The notes: a model not told the origin generated them from the letters alone. Shown: positions 1 to 13,368, counted from the first letter of the stretch. The stretch: 64,000 nucleotides of DNA from Chiloscyllium plagiosum (GCF_004010195.1 NC_057719.1:17302893-17366892), one strand, 5' to 3'. Numbers and translations: made by a program.

Positions 1-1614
1 TGCTTGTTAAGTGGATGTGGCTGTAATCTAAACAGGGAAAATTATTATTTATACTCTAACAGGTCTACAGAAAGCGATCTCTGGTGAACCCAACCCAGCA
101 CATCTCAATTTACTGAATTAGCAATCTCAGTGGACACTGTCCACACCAAACACGTTTAAGAATCATTAATCAATTAAAGCTTAAGAATTAAAATCATGTG
201 GATTCAGAACCATTTCACCTTTACTTGAAAGATGTGCATCAGGTGAGTTTGGGTCTTCTCACATTGTAGTAACCTATTAGGAAAGAAGTTTTTGTCTTGC
301 CCCTTAGGTTTTGAACTTCAGGAGTTGGCACAAAATAAAGTAAGAAACTGGGTGGGCTTTTGCATTGGCTTGACTTGACGCTCATCCCATTGACTTGGTC
401 CTCATGCATTAATTCAGATTTCACTTCCGTGCTAATATTTGTGAACTTTTTCTTAAATTTTCAATGCACTGTTAACTGGAAGAGATTCCTCCCCATTAAT
501 GGATTGTCTTTTTGGGAATAATAGGATCATTTGTTTCTCTGAGATGCATGTGATGTGTCAGATTTTGGCTTCAAGACAAATCCAGGTTACTTTAAAAATT
601 GTGCGTCTCATGCTGTCAGTTCTCTCAATGTTCAGATCAGGGAGTTTAATTCTGAAATGATTTGTACTAAAAGAACCTGAGTATTAAAACATTATGTGTT
701 AACAACCAACTATTAAAAATTATCATTTTAAACAGGTTAGGCCACTTTGGTAATCTAGCTTAAAGTATTAATTGCTATTTAGTTCATAGGATCAGAATGC
801 ATATCTGGAATTTATATAGGATGGATCACTACTGTGGAGGAGAATTCTGTATTGTTGGACACAAACATTTTCACTGCAGATAATCTGAATCATAAAATGT
901 TCTCTTTTCAAAAAATGTGGCTTTATAACCATTGATGAATACCACTTCTTCTAGCTCCTTCTGGGTAGAGCTCACTGTAAACGGTTATGTACTTTATACA
1001 AGTTCAACATAACTCCTGCATCATAAAGCTAATATTTTGAAATGTTGCAATTCTGTAAAACGTTACACGCAACAGCTCTCAGGCACGACAAAACCACAAC
1101 AAAGCAACTCGACCAAGAATGCAACGGCAAAGAAAATCCCCTCACTGGCGGAAAAAATTGCAATGTTGCTGGCTAATTTCACCACAAGACAGTAACGTGT
1201 ACTTAAGAGCAAGACATTTGTCTGTCAGGTAGCTATTTTCACACATTGCCTTCTGCAATAACATACTGTTCAACATTAATAAGGTGTATTATCATGCAAG
1301 GACATGCAGTAAGGTGGCTGCAGGAACTGACTTCATAAGATTGACTCACCTAAGTCTCAATTCCATTCCCAATGGTCATGAATCCATGGTGCAAAACCCA
1401 GTGTCATAATAGTCTCCTTTAAGTATTTTTGGAACACATCCTTCGCCCTCCAGAGATAATCAGACTACAAAAAATTTACATGGAACTCACCTGGATGATT
1501 GATTGCTTGAGGCAACACACTCTTGCAGCATTGTTGGAAAAAAGCAGGAGACTGACACTAACTTGAGTTGAAATACTTGCACAGACTTGATGGGTTGAAT
1601 AGCCTCCTTTTGTT

Positions 1615-1805
1615 TAGATTAGATGAGATTGGATTCCCTACAGTGTGGAAACAGGCCCTTCGGCCCAACAAGTCCACACCGACCCTCCGAAGAGTAACCC
1701 ACCCAGACCCATTCCCCCCTGACTAATGTACCTAACACTGTTGGCAATTTAGCATGGCCAGTTCACCTAACCTGCACATCTTTGGACTGTGGTAGGAAAC
1801 CGAGT
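1615..1805 (-). mobile_element. HE1-type V-SINE, 5'-truncated
   Basis: (TAGAT)n tail, CR1-shared tail ccctacagtgtggaaacaggcccttcggccc and part of the V-domain; same sequence as the full copy at 25268-25580. Confidence 0.85.
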
Positions 1806-2169
1806 ATATAGCCATTAAACCCTTTGAATGAAACTATGTTCTTACTTACAAATGTTCCTGGTAGTTAGGGATCCGTAGCTGGAGTGCTATCACAACAATC
1901 CAATGATCTGAGCAGGCACCTACCAGCTAACAACTGGAAACTGTTTAGTGGTGTTCAACCAGCCAGGACCCTATTCACATTCCTCGCTTCCCAAACGGCT
2001 ACAACCTAGGGTGTTAATGCTTAGGCCAGAATCGTATATTTGAAGATATTCATGCTCTTGGTGGAGAAGTACCCACATTTGAAATGGAATTCTGCACTTC
2101 AAATGCTTCAGGTAAGGAGATTCAGAACTAGTTTAGACAGTCCAATGAACACCCTCATGCGTTTAACAT

Positions 2170-2291
2170 TATTTGGAGATGCCGGTGTTCGACTGGGGTG
2201 TACAAAGTTAAAAATCACACAACACCAGGTTATAGTCCAACAGGTTTAATTGGAAGCATTAGCTTTCGAAGCACTGCTCCTTCATCACGGC
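2170..2291 (-). mobile_element. Penelope-like terminal-repeat fragment, family B, with decayed hammerhead
   Basis: gttaaaaatcacacaacaccaggttatagtccaacagg motif shared with 42205, 49691 and 50068; minus strand reads gtgatga-aggagcagtgcttc-gaaa-gcta. Confidence 0.75.
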
Positions 2292-2902
2292 AAGCTCAAA
2301 GGGCTGAGTTGTCTTCTCCCATCCCTAGTTCCTACGTTCCTATGTTCCTTCTTTGTATTTGGTGTCAAACTGGAGCGATGTGAGTCTACTTCCTCCATTT
2401 TGCTTGTGAGTCATGGCCCACTCAGTTTGGATTTACACTGTCAGTTTAGAACCAATATCCACCATAAAGAAATACATAAGGCTTCCTGCTCTGAGTTAAC
2501 GAAGGAGCCTGACAGCAGACTCCGAACAGCTGATATATAGACCAGTGCAACATGGAAGCGTCTGCTGAATTTACTTACCTTAGACAAGGTGGTGATGGGG
2601 GTGGGAGCTTCACAATTGACCTCAACACTTCTGGGATTTCTCCCTGAGAAAATTAGCCCAACTTTTCAATGATGCCAATTTTGTGTCGTCAGTAACTGAG
2701 GTTGTAAATGGATCTGGCTATGATGAACTCTGCAGTGGAGTAACCCAACAACGCTCATAGCATGTAACTTTAATTGTTAGAAAGTAGCCATCCACAGAGT
2801 ACAATGAAACACATTCGTTATTGTCTAGCAAGCACCATTGAAGTAGACAATGGGACAGCTGATGATGTGATGGCTGTTTAGCACCAAGCAAGCTAAGAAG
2901 TT

Positions 2903-3366
2903 GGGAAGGATGTGGAAGCATTGGAAAAGGTGCAGAGGAGATTTACCAAGATGGTATGGTCTGGAGGGAAGGTGTTATGAAGAAAGGCTGAGAGACTTGA
3001 ACCTGTTCTCATTGGCAAGAAGAAGGCTAAGAGAGGATTTGATAGAGACATACAAGATGATCAGAGGATTAGACAGGGTAGACAGTGAAAGTCTTTTTCC
3101 TAGGATGATGATGTCAGCTTGTACGAGGGGCATAACTATAAATTGAGGGGTGATAGATTTAAGACAGATGTCAGAGGCAAATTCTTTACTCAGACTGGTA
3201 AGGGCATGGAATGCCCTACCTGCTAATGTAGTCAACTCAGCCACATTAGGGAGAATTAAACAATCCTTAGATAAGCACATTGATGATTTTGGGGTAGTTC
3301 ACAGGTCGGAGCAACATTGAGGGCCGAAGGGCCTGTTCTGCACTGTATTGTTCTATGTTCTATGTT
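2903..3366 (+). mobile_element. CR1/HER1 LINE 3' fragment
   Basis: Encodes YEERLRDLNLFSLARRRLREDLIETYKMIRGLDRVD (CR1 ORF2 C-terminus); ends in (GTTCTAT)n tail. Confidence 0.9.
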
Positions 3367-3995
3367 TCATATCTCCAGTATCTGCTGCAGTTCGTTGTTT
3401 TATTAAAAGATTGGTGCATTGCAAAGGCATGACGTTCATTCCTGAAGACTGAATCATTTTAAATCTCAGTATTAGTTTCAGTTGTACCAAATGCCATGAA
3501 GCACCTTTCCAACTCTGTTCCCAAAATCAGGCGAAGTCAGGGAAGTGATTAACTGGAGCACCGTTTCCGAACACAGCTTTAAACCCTATTTGTCTAAACT
3601 CTACCTGCATAGCACTGCACAAAGGATCTGACTTGCTCCTTTTCATTAAGGATATACTTGGATATGCCTTGACAATCTGATATTTGAGCTTCATCACTAA
3701 TCATTCTGCCTAACATTTGGGAATAACCTCCTCCGCTAGACCAAATGCTGTATCGGTGACATTATGTCACACTGTAACATGAGCTCACAGCTCTTGGAGC
3801 ATATTTCAGTTCACCTTTGGACAGCAGATGGGTTCAATATCCTACCTCCAGCTGATAGCCATTTCTAATGTATTTTGGTATTAGCTTGAACATGAGAGCA
3901 TTTGGCCATAATCTTTCAGGCAAATGGAACAATACATTAAAATTTCAAATGCAAAAATACTTTCAATTTTTTTTTTAATATGCAGCCATGTTATT

Positions 3996-4308
3996 GATTA
4001 GATTAGTTTCCCTACAGTATTGAAACAGGCCCTTCAGCCCAACAAGTCCACACCAACCCTCCGAAGAATAACCCACCCAGTCCCGAACCTATATTTACCC
4101 CTGACTAATCACCAAACACTATGGGCAATTTAGCATGGGCAATTCATCTGATCTGCACATCTTTTGAACTGTGGGAGGAAACCAGAGCACCCAGAGGAAA
4201 CCCACACAGATACAGGGAGAATGTGCAAACTCCACACAGACAGTCGTCCAAGGCGGTTGCCTGCCACTGTGAGACAGCATTGCTAACCATTGAGCCACCA
4301 TGCTGCCC
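3996..4308 (-). mobile_element. HE1-type V-SINE
   Basis: tRNA-like head, V-domain and TAGAT tail matching the other copies. Confidence 0.9.
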
Positions 4309-4639
4309 TATTTTATAGTTTTGGTTTCTAGTCAATTAGCTAACACTTACTTTGTCCCTGTCAATGAATCTGTGAAGTCCAGTTATCTGAACTGTTGATT
4401 ATTCACATGAATTCCTCACCTCCCAATTAGTTGAAATAATTGAAGTGACTGTTTTCAGACAACCATAGCCCAGATCGCACACTGACTCCATAAATTTTGA
4501 CCATCGTTGTTCAAAAGTACAAAGTCCTACATTCCCACCTTACATTATAATATCAGATATCATGTCATTCTTCTTCACAACAGTCTGACCTGATTTTTCA
4601 TAGAGCTTTCTCCCATACATATTGCACAGGCCACACAAA

Positions 4640-4920
4640 CAAATTGCATTTATTTCATGCCTTTAATGAGTAAAACTTCCTAAAGTGCTTCACAGCGACC
4701 TCAAACCATATAAAGAAATATGAGGACAGGTGACCAAATGCTCACTAAAAGATGTAGGATTTAAGGAATGACTTAAAGGACAGAAATAAGCTCAGAGAAG
4801 GGGCAGGAAGGGTATGTCAGAGGTTACAGCGTAGGCAGCTGAAGGCACAGACAACAACAGTGGAGTGAAGTGAATCAGAGATCAAAATGGTCAGAACTAG
4901 AGATTACTGCCCAGAGATGG
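4640..4920 (-). mobile_element. L2 LINE 3' end, decayed
   Basis: ttgcatttat...aaagtgcttcacag...ggcagctgaaggcac, similar to 7150-7380 and to the reverse complement of 53870-54190. Confidence 0.6.
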
Positions 4921-5164
4921 TGACGGTGAAAGTTAATCCCTACACTATTGACATTGGCTAGGACTCAATTCAAGTTTAATCAGGGTTGCAAGTTTCTGTC
5001 ATTGGTCTTCATGTGACTGAATGGGCTGATTCTCTACCCACTATCCATGAGGCAGGATATCCCAAGAGGCAGTGAGATGAGGATTTGATTCCTTTTCTGT
5101 CCTTCTTTGCTTCTGCCCTGATGTACCACCAACGCTCCAGTGTTTGAGTGTAACTATTGAAGAC

Positions 5165-5395
5165 ATGGCCCGGAAGAGAGACAAGCCAGCTCCTGTCTTT
5201 GCTGACAGTGACATGGCGGGTATTGGTGGGAGGGATGGCAGAGAGCGGGTAGCTAGTCCTTTTTCCATCTAGGACACCATGCCACCTGACGAAGGCAGCC
5301 TCGACACAGATTGCAGCCGAGATCGACGCAGTGTCCCATGTGACATGGGATGCCCAGCAGTGTAGGAAAATGATCTCCTGAGCCCTGCAAGGGCC
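5165..5395 (+). pseudogene. Harbinger-type Myb/SANT-like DNA-binding ORF remnant
   Basis: With one frameshift reads MARKRDKPAPVFADSDMA/VLVGGMAESG*LVLFPSRTPCHLTKAASTQIAAEIDAVSHVTWDAQQCRKMI, fitting the AP.F...D..VL....LFP.....IA.....VS......QCRK pattern of MSANTD/NAIF1-like domains. Confidence 0.7.
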
Positions 5396-6471
5396 TCCAT
5401 CTTCTCTCTGCACCCTCACATTTACATGACATAATCACTTTCAGTCTGTCATTATACATGCCTCTCACCAAACCTCAGGTACTACACCTTCCACTGCTGC
5501 AAGTATTATGATCCTCAAGGGCTTTCACCCAAAACATCCTCTCAAAAGGATGAAGCTTTCCTGCTTTCTGCCCTTCCGACTCACTCACTGGGGACACCTG
5601 ACCACTTCTGACGACAAACAGTTCCTCCATCTGCCTCTATTATGCTCAATCCCAAACCTTGGTCACACTGCAGAAATACAGGCTGAACCCAAATGACGTG
5701 AATCTATGACTCTGTGTTTGACATGTCAACAGCACCTCACCCCACCTACCACAATCTCCAGACTGATTGGGGCCACAGTTTGTACTGTAGGTCCAGTACA
5801 ATGTCCAAACTGTAAGGACTTGGACATCAAAACTCTGGTAGGTGATCATACCTGACTGACCACGGCCAACCTCCTGTAGCAAAAATGGACAATCCATTGA
5901 TTGACTGTGGTGGTACTCCAGCTGAATGTAGTCCCCCTCCAATTCACTAAGAACTGAACCCCTTTGACTTTCACAGGAGCGAGAGTAATAAAGTAATCTT
6001 CCACCCACCTACGGGAGAATTACATACCCAATCCCCAACCCCCCCCCCCCCCCGTTGTCACACCTTAATCTCATTTAACTCTCAGACAATTTCCCTCCAG
6101 TAATGGCTGGAAGGTCAGAGGAAGGGAGAAGCAACAGAAAATCAGGAAAACCACCAGAGATCTCCTGTTGTAACTATGTTGTGCACTAGGCCAACAGTTT
6201 CCTCAAATCAACCACACTAGCAGAAAAGTTCAAGGGATTTTAAGTGCCCATTTTGTCCAGTCACAGAAATCAAAATCTTTCAGTTTTTTTTAATTAATTA
6301 ACCCATTCAGAGGTGTTATGACATGCCTCTGGAACAGGTGGGACTTGAACTAAGACACACCCGACTCAGTGGTCGGGACAGCATCACAAGAGCCCCCAAT
6401 TGTAGATTCTTGTGCTTGTTTAGAGAATAATGCAATGGATCTGTCCACAATACTGGCCATGTCTCCAGATC

Positions 6472-6614
6472 CTGAAGATCCTGAATTTCCTGAAGAAGGG
6501 CCTGTGCCCGAAACGTCGAATCTCCTGTTCCCTGGATGCTGCCTGACCTGCTGTGCTGTTCCAGCAATAAAGTTTCAACTTTGATCTCCAGCATCTGCAG
6601 ACCTCACTTTCTCC
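6472..6614 (+). mobile_element. Penelope-like terminal repeat, family A, 10-bp TSD
   Basis: Ends cctcactttctcc; flanked by tctccagatc at 6462-6471 and 6615-6624. Confidence 0.85.
6486..6521 (+). ncRNA. Minimal type I hammerhead ribozyme (family A)
   Basis: tttc-CTGAAGA-a-GGGC-ctgt-GCCC-GAAA-cg-TC-gaat. Confidence 0.8.
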
Positions 6615-7149
6615 TCTCCAGATCAACTAAATCACCACCACCACAAGTTTCCACAGACTGTGTCTGTATTCGGTCCTGCAAAGGGTGTCTTAAAATTAAA
6701 CACAATTGCACTCTTATGTAAATTCTAACCTTGTGTTTTAAACAATACATTAAAAATATTTATTTACTCAGAAACCAACTACTGTAGTGTGCCCCGTGAA
6801 TTTAAAAATGGTTTCTCTTTTTTTAACAAATTTGCAGCAATTTCAAATTGGATTACAAATGAGTAGACAACCAGACACTTTCATGAAAAATGTTTATTTT
6901 TGTGATAAACTCATTTTCAGCTGTATTAATAAACAAAAAGCACAAGGTTACAGTTCTTATATACAGCAAGGAATGTATTTTTAATGCTGGAAGAAAAATA
7001 AACAATGACATTCCACAATGCTGATCGACTGATCTGACTCAAGAAAGATTTCATGTTCGGTAAGTTGAGCAGAAATGTGAACAATAAGAAAATTCGTGCA
7101 ATTTCAAATGCAATATGCACCCTGATTGTTGTTTGACCTCTAAATCCTT

Positions 7150-7990
7150 TAATGTACAAAAGCATTCCAAGCCATTGAACAGCACAATCATACAAAATTT
7201 AAAACCAAGCTACATAAGGAGATGTTAGACCAGATAACCAAAGTGGTAGATTTTAAGGTTCAGCTAAAAGGAGGAAAGTAAGTAGGAAATCAGAGCATTT
7301 AGGTGAGGAGTGAGGCAGAAATTCTAAAGGTTGGGCTCTAGGTAGCTGAAGGCATGACCAACAATGGTAGAATGAATTAGAAATGCAATCAGGTTTTATT
7401 GTCAAGTGTACTCAAGTACAGGATAGGAGAAAGTGAGGACTGCAGATGCTGAAGATCAGAGCTGAAAAATGTGTTGCTGGAAAAGGGCAGCAGGTCAGGC
7501 AGCATCCAAGGAGCAGGAGAGAAGGGCTTATGCCCGAAACATCAATTCTCCTGCTCCTTGGATGCTGCCTGACCTGCTGTGCTTTTCCAGCAACATATTT
7601 TTTAGCTCAAGTACAGGATACAGGAGTACAGTGAAAAGTGTCACCACTTGCAAAGGACATCATTACAAAATCTTAGGTACAAAATCGAAAAATAAATAAT
7701 TAAGAAGTTCAACGTTACACTTCTTGTCAGTACGAAGTAGTAATAAGACATAAAGTTAAGAGTTGCAAATTATAGTTCTTCTTTAGCCATGGGTCTGGGG
7801 TCACTCCACATTGGGCTTTCCCTATGAGGGATCGATCTCTCAATCTTCGCGTCTTTGCACTACTACCTCGCCATTGGCCGCTGAATGATTAAAATCCATG
7901 GGCGTCACAATTAGAAGAGCGTAAATCTCTCAGAGGTTTGCAAAACTGGAGGCAGCTACAAAGCAATGGGATGTAACGTGCATGTATGAA
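7150..7990 (-). mobile_element. L2 3' end (7150-7380 and 7880-7990) interrupted by a Rex-tail-like insert and a PLE palindrome
   Basis: L2-like sequence stops at agaatgaattagaaat and resumes at tgaatgattaaaatcc. Confidence 0.5.
7426..7605. mobile_element. Inverted pair of family A PLE repeats, 15-bp TSD
   Basis: ggagaaagtgaggactgcag... followed by the reverse arm; ctcaagtacaggata at 7411-7425 and 7606-7620. Confidence 0.85.
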
Positions 7991-9029
7991 GACAGTCTCC
8001 ATAGGCTTGCGGCCTGTGTTCTTGGCACTTACTCTAAAACCAGAATTAGGTTTTGGATTTCTGAATGTCCCCGTGACCTTTCTGCTAGTCAGTATCCAGG
8101 ACGATTTTCGTGCCTATGAACATGGTTTCTGTTGGGTGGATAGAGTTAAAGTTACACCCCTCCAAAGCTTATTTTATTTGCAAAAGAGAACTTGTTTAAT
8201 CTGGTAAATCAGATTGGTGAGGAAGGTTTGTCTCCGATCCATAGTGATAAAGATACACAGAACCGTTGCCTTTGAACCAATGCTATACAGTTCAGTCCAA
8301 TGCCTAAACCAATCTTTGCTCAGATGATTCTACCTAAAGATGAAATAACATTAAAACTTAAACGTCTCAAGAAAAGCCATTTGCAAAAGAACCAGTCAAA
8401 ACCAGTCACCACTCTTGTGTTGTAACTTTCCTGCTCAAACTTTGAGATGTATCTTAAATATCTTAAGGTTTTTGCTTGCTCTCTCCATCTGGGAGGCATC
8501 AAAATATCACAATAAACTCTATTTATTGCTAATATCTTTTTCGCAATATGAGATTAATGATTTTATTCTACTTTCCTGATTTACTTTAAAGTACTCTTCA
8601 GGATTTTACTGCCCTCCCCCAGAATTCCTCCTTGGATGGTAGGGGGCATGTGAAGTGGTTTCAGAGCCAGCTTTTACTTCCACCTTGAAATCGAGGAATT
8701 TCGGAGAGGACCACCCAATTTATATGTTGCCCTTTAATTCCAGGAAGGTGGCAGCAAGTGAGTTTTGCATCTCCTCCTCCCTCCATACCCTGTACATATA
8801 CCCCAGCATGTCCCCAGTGTTTTCTGCACATAGCCAGAGTATCATTAATATTCTGAGGGATGAAGACAGTGAGGTGACACATCCAGGGCGTCCACTGTAT
8901 TCCCATCCTTGCTTTCATTCCTGGAATTGGCATCAATGTCCTTCCTCAAGATGTCTTGTTTTCTGGGAGGAAAGCCAGTGTGGGCATTGGTACAGTGAAA
9001 AGCCAAGGTCTTCATCCCAGGGTAGTTGA

Positions 9030-9275
9030 GTACAAATCTAGACAGCATAGTTTTAAGGTGAGAGGGGAAAGATTTAAAGAGGCCCAAGGAGCAACTTTTT
9101 CACACCAGTAGTGTATGGAATGAGCTGCCAGAGGAAGTGGTGAAGGCTGATACAATTACAACATTTAAAAAGCATCTGGATGGGTACATAAGTAGGAAGG
9201 GTTGAGAGGAATATGGGAAAAATGTTGGCATAAGGGACTAGATCAGTTTAGGATATCTGGTCAGCATGGACAGGT
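9030..9275 (+). mobile_element. CR1/HER1 3' end; tail resumes at 10931-10971
   Basis: gtatggaatgagctgccagaggaagtgg...; continues after the insert as ccgaagggtccgtttctgtgctgtac. Confidence 0.85.
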
Positions 9276-9276
9276 T

Positions 9277-10925
9277 AAGAACAAAGGACCTTACAGCACA
9301 GGAACAAGTCCTTCGACCCTCCAAGCCTATGCTGATCCAGATCCCTATCTAAACCTGCCACCTATTTTCTAAGATCTTTATCCCTTTGCTCCCTGCCCAT
9401 TCATGATTATGTCTAGATACATCTTAAATGACGCTATCGTTCCCACCTCTACCACCTCCGCTGGCAGAATTTCCAGGCACCCACTGCATAAAGAACTTTC
9501 CACTTATATCTCCCCTAAACTTTCCCCTCTCACTTTGAACTCGTGCCCCTAATAATTGAATCCCCCACTCTGAGTAAAAGCTTCTTGCTATCCACCCTGT
9601 CTATACCTCTCATGATTTTGTAGATTTCAATGAGGTCCCCCCTCAACCTCCTTCTTTCCAATGAAAATAATCTGAATCTACTCAATCTCTCCTCATAGCT
9701 AGCACCATCCATATCAGGCAATATCCTGGAAAACCTCCTCTGCACCCTCTCCAAAGCATCCACATCCTTTTGGTAATGTGGCGACCAGAACTGTACGCAG
9801 TATGCCAAATGTGGTCGAACCAAAGTCTTATACAATTGTAACATGACCTGCTAACCCTTGTACTCAATACCCAATCTGATGAAGGAAAGCATGCCGTATG
9901 CCTTCTTGACCACTTTACTGACCTGCGTTGCCACCTTCAGGGAACAATGGACCTGAACACCCAGATCTCTCTGTGCATCAATTTTCCCCAGGACTTTTCC
10001 ATTTACTGTATAGTTCGCGCTGGAATTGCATCTTCCAAAATGCATCACCTCACATTTGTCCAGATTGAGCTCCATCTGCTATTTCTCTGCCCAACTCTCC
10101 AATCTGTCTCTAATCTGCTGTATTCTCTGACACTCCCCTTAACTATCTGCAACTCCACAAATCTTAGTGTTATCTACAAACTTGCTAATGAGGCAATCTA
10201 CACCTTCCTCCAAATCATTTATGTGTATCACAAACAGCAGCGGTCCTAGCACAGATCCCTGGGGGACACCATTGGTCATAGGTCTCCATTTTGTGAAGCT
10301 CCCTTCCCCTACTACTCTCTCTCTCCTGCTGCCCAGCCACTTCTCTATCCATCTAGCTAGAAGGTCCTGGACCACATGCAACTTCAGCTTCTCCATCAGC
10401 CGACCATGGGGAACCTTATCAAACACCTTACTAAAGACCATGTATATGACATCTACATCCCTTCCTCATCAATTAACTTTGTCACCTCTTCAAAGAATTC
10501 TATTAGGTTTGTAAGACATGACCTTCCCTGCACAAAACCATGTTGCCTATCACTGATAAGCCCATTTTCTTCCAAATGGGTATTTGTCCTATCCTTTAGT
10601 ATCTTCTCTAGTAGCTTCCCTTTCACTGAGGTCAGGCTCACAGGTCTGGATAATTACCTGGATTATCCCTGCTACCTTTCTTAAACAAGGAGACAACATT
10701 ATCAATTCTCCAGCCCTCTGGGACCTCCCCTACTTTCAAGGATGCTGCAAAGATACTGTTAAAGCCCCAGCTATTTCCTCTCTCGTTTCCCTGGGACAGT
10801 AACCTGGGATAGATCCCATCCGGTCCTGGGGACTTGTCCACCTTAATGTCTTTTAGAATACACAACACCTCCTCCCTCCTTATGCCAACTTGACCTAGAG
10901 TAATCAAAGATCTATTTCTAACCTC
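9277..10925 (-). mobile_element. CR1/HER1 LINE, RT-containing fragment, frameshifted
   Basis: DKSPGPDGIYPRLL, QHGFVQGRSCLTNLIEFFEEVT, FSKVFDKVPH, GVPQGSVLGPLLF and KFVDNTK motifs in successive frames. Confidence 0.95.
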
Positions 10926-11654
10926 AATATCCGAAGGGTCCGTTTCTGTGCTGTACAACCCTATGACTCTCGGAATAAGTGCCCCAGCAAATGCAGAGTG
11001 CCCATCCTGATCCTTTGGGGCTTGTGTAGGAAAAGCCTACAGTTATGTCACTTCAAGTTCAGCAGCATTCTCTGTACAAATGTTAATATACTCTACAGCC
11101 ACATTCCTTTAAAAGACATAACGTCTATTTCCATGCTGGTCCCTTTTTCCATTCTGCTGCTCTGTTCAGGGGCACATGCAGTGGTGGGTGTGGGCCGTCC
11201 GGTAGACTAGTGACAAGAAATGATCAGAGAATGGCATGTGTATTAAAGGAGCTGTAGTATACACAGTATACTGAAATATTCTGACTCCAAGTATGTATGT
11301 AGATTACGGTTGGATATTAATGGCATCCCCCAACATGCGTTTGGTAGCAGGTGCATCTGAACAGGTAGAAGATGGCATATGGGGGTCTCACCACCTCTGT
11401 CTCCACTTCCAATTACATTTGTGCAGATATACTTGATGTCCTTTGCTAATGCCCAGTTAAAGACCTCATGCCACTGCCTCTGGTGTTAACATGGGAAAAT
11501 GGGCACCATGCCACACAGGGGCATTGAAGCAGATTTCTTGGTGAGGGGTTGCCTGCAGGCTCTGGTGGAGGCCTTGATTCCAGAATCACATTATTATGAC
11601 AGTGTTCAGGAGGCCACTTGGCTCATTCTACTTACAATGGTTCTATTAACTAGT

Positions 11655-12540
11655 GTCAATCTCTTGCCTTTTCCCCTTATCCGTGAACACCATAACTGTC
11701 CAAAACAAACGCAGTATCCTCTTAAATGCCTCCACCATACTTTCAGCCTGTGCATTCCATACCCTAACTAGTCGCTGTGCGAGACATGCTTTTTCTCATA
11801 TCACCCTTCCTTTTTTTGCACATCATTTTAGATCTTGAGGGTGGCACAGTGGAGCACTGGTTAGTACTACAGTCTCACAGCACCAGGGACCTGGGTTTGA
11901 TTTTAGCCTCAGGCAACTGTCTGTGTGGGGTTTGCACATTCTCCCCGTGTCTGTGTGGGTTTCCACCGGGTGCTCTGGTTTCCTCCCACAGTCCAAAGGT
12001 GTGCAGGTCAGATGGATTGGCCATGCTAAATTGTCCGTTAGCGTTAGGTGCATTAGTCAGAGGGAAATTGGTCTTGGTGGGTTACTCTTCAGAGGGCCAG
12101 TATGGACTGGTGGGGCCTAATGGCCTGCTTCCACACTATAGGGAATCTAATCGATGCTCTCTGTTCTTGTTTCTTTTAGAAGTGGAAAGAGCCACACCCT
12201 ATTCTAGCCCACTGAGGATTTTGAATACCTCAATCAGATCTCCTCTCAGCTTTCTTCTCTCTAGGACAACAGTCCCAAAGTTTTTCAATCTATTGACATG
12301 AAACTGAAGTTTCTCATTCCTGGCATAGTTCTTGAAAATTGCTTCTGCCCTTTCAGAAATGCATTCACATCCTTCCTGTAATGTGGTGCCCACGACGGTT
12401 CACAGTACTCCAGCTGAAATCTAAAAAGCGTCTTGCACAAGTTCAATATCACCTCTTTCCTCTTGTACTCTATGCCCCTATTAATAAAGCCAAGGACGCT
12501 GTCTGTTGTATAGATTGCTCTCTCCATTGTCCGGCCACCT
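11655..12540 (-). mobile_element. CR1 LINE 3' fragment split by SINE
   Basis: GFINRGIEYKRKEVILNLCKTL and LERRKLRGDLIEVFKILSG. Confidence 0.85.
11839..12152 (+). mobile_element. HE1-type V-SINE inserted in CR1
   Basis: gggtggcacagtgg head, V-domain, aatctaatc tail. Confidence 0.9.
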
Positions 12541-12852
12541 CCTGTTCTGGGGTTAACCTGCTACTGCCGAGCTGGCTGCCTGATTGGCATTTAAATCGAT
12601 GGGCTTTCTCTAAAAGAGGGGACAAAGCCTGCCAGTTCTCCAGCCAGTGAGAATTCAGTCCTCCCCTTTACACCCAGCTTTAGGTGTGAGAATAAGCCAA
12701 GGCACTGTGTGTATGTCTCCTTCGGCGGTGGTTCATATAGCTGGATAAATACTGTTCTCGGAGAAAGTGAGGTCTGCAGATGCTGGAGATCAAAGTTGAA
12801 ACTTTATTGCTGGAACAGCACAGCAGGTCAGGCAGCATCCAGGGAACAGGAG

Positions 12853-12888
12853 ATTCGACGTTTCGGGCACAGGCCCTTCTTCAGGAAT
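12853..12888 (-). ncRNA. Minimal hammerhead ribozyme (family A), intact
   Basis: Minus strand: ATTC-CTGAAGA-a-GGGC-ctgt-GCCC-GAAA-cg-TC-GAAT. Confidence 0.85.
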
Positions 12889-13332
12889 GAGCAGAGAGTG
12901 TTCAGCAGGAGAAGATAAAAGGTAGGGAGGAGGGACTTGGAGGAGGGGAGTTGGAAATGTGATAGGTGGAAAGAGGTCAAGGTGAGGGTGATAGGTCGGA
13001 GTAGGACGGAGGCGGAGAGGTCAAGAAGAAGACTACAGGTCAGGAAGGCNNNNNNNNNNNNNNNNNNNNNNNNNNNNNNNNNNNNNNNNNNNNNNNNNNN
13101 NNNNNNNNNNNNNNNNNNNNNNNNNNNNNNNNNNNNNNNNNNNNAAAGGGTAACTAGTCCAGCCCGGCACCGCCTTCCTGACCTGCAGTCTTCTTCTTGA
13201 CCTCTCCGCCTCCATCCTACTCCGACCTATCACCCTCACCTTGACCTCTTTCCACCTATCACATTTCCAACGCCCCTCCTCCAAGTCCCTCCTCCCTACC
13301 TTTTATCTTCTCCTGCTGAACACTCTCTGCTC

Positions 13333-13368
13333 ATTCCTGAAGAAGGGCCTGTGCCCGAAACGTCGAAT
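13333..13368 (+). ncRNA. Minimal hammerhead ribozyme (family A), intact
   Basis: ATTC-CTGAAGA-a-GGGC-ctgt-GCCC-GAAA-cg-TC-GAAT; perfect 4-bp stems I and II, GUC cleavage triplet. Confidence 0.85.

Noticed and set aside
5009..5419. Minus-strand 136-aa ORF as an RTE LINE or gene
   Set aside because: The opposite strand gives a better Myb/SANT match; this is a shadow ORF
11499..11640. Third Harbinger Myb remnant (CLQALVEAL)
   Set aside because: Similarity too short to support by eye
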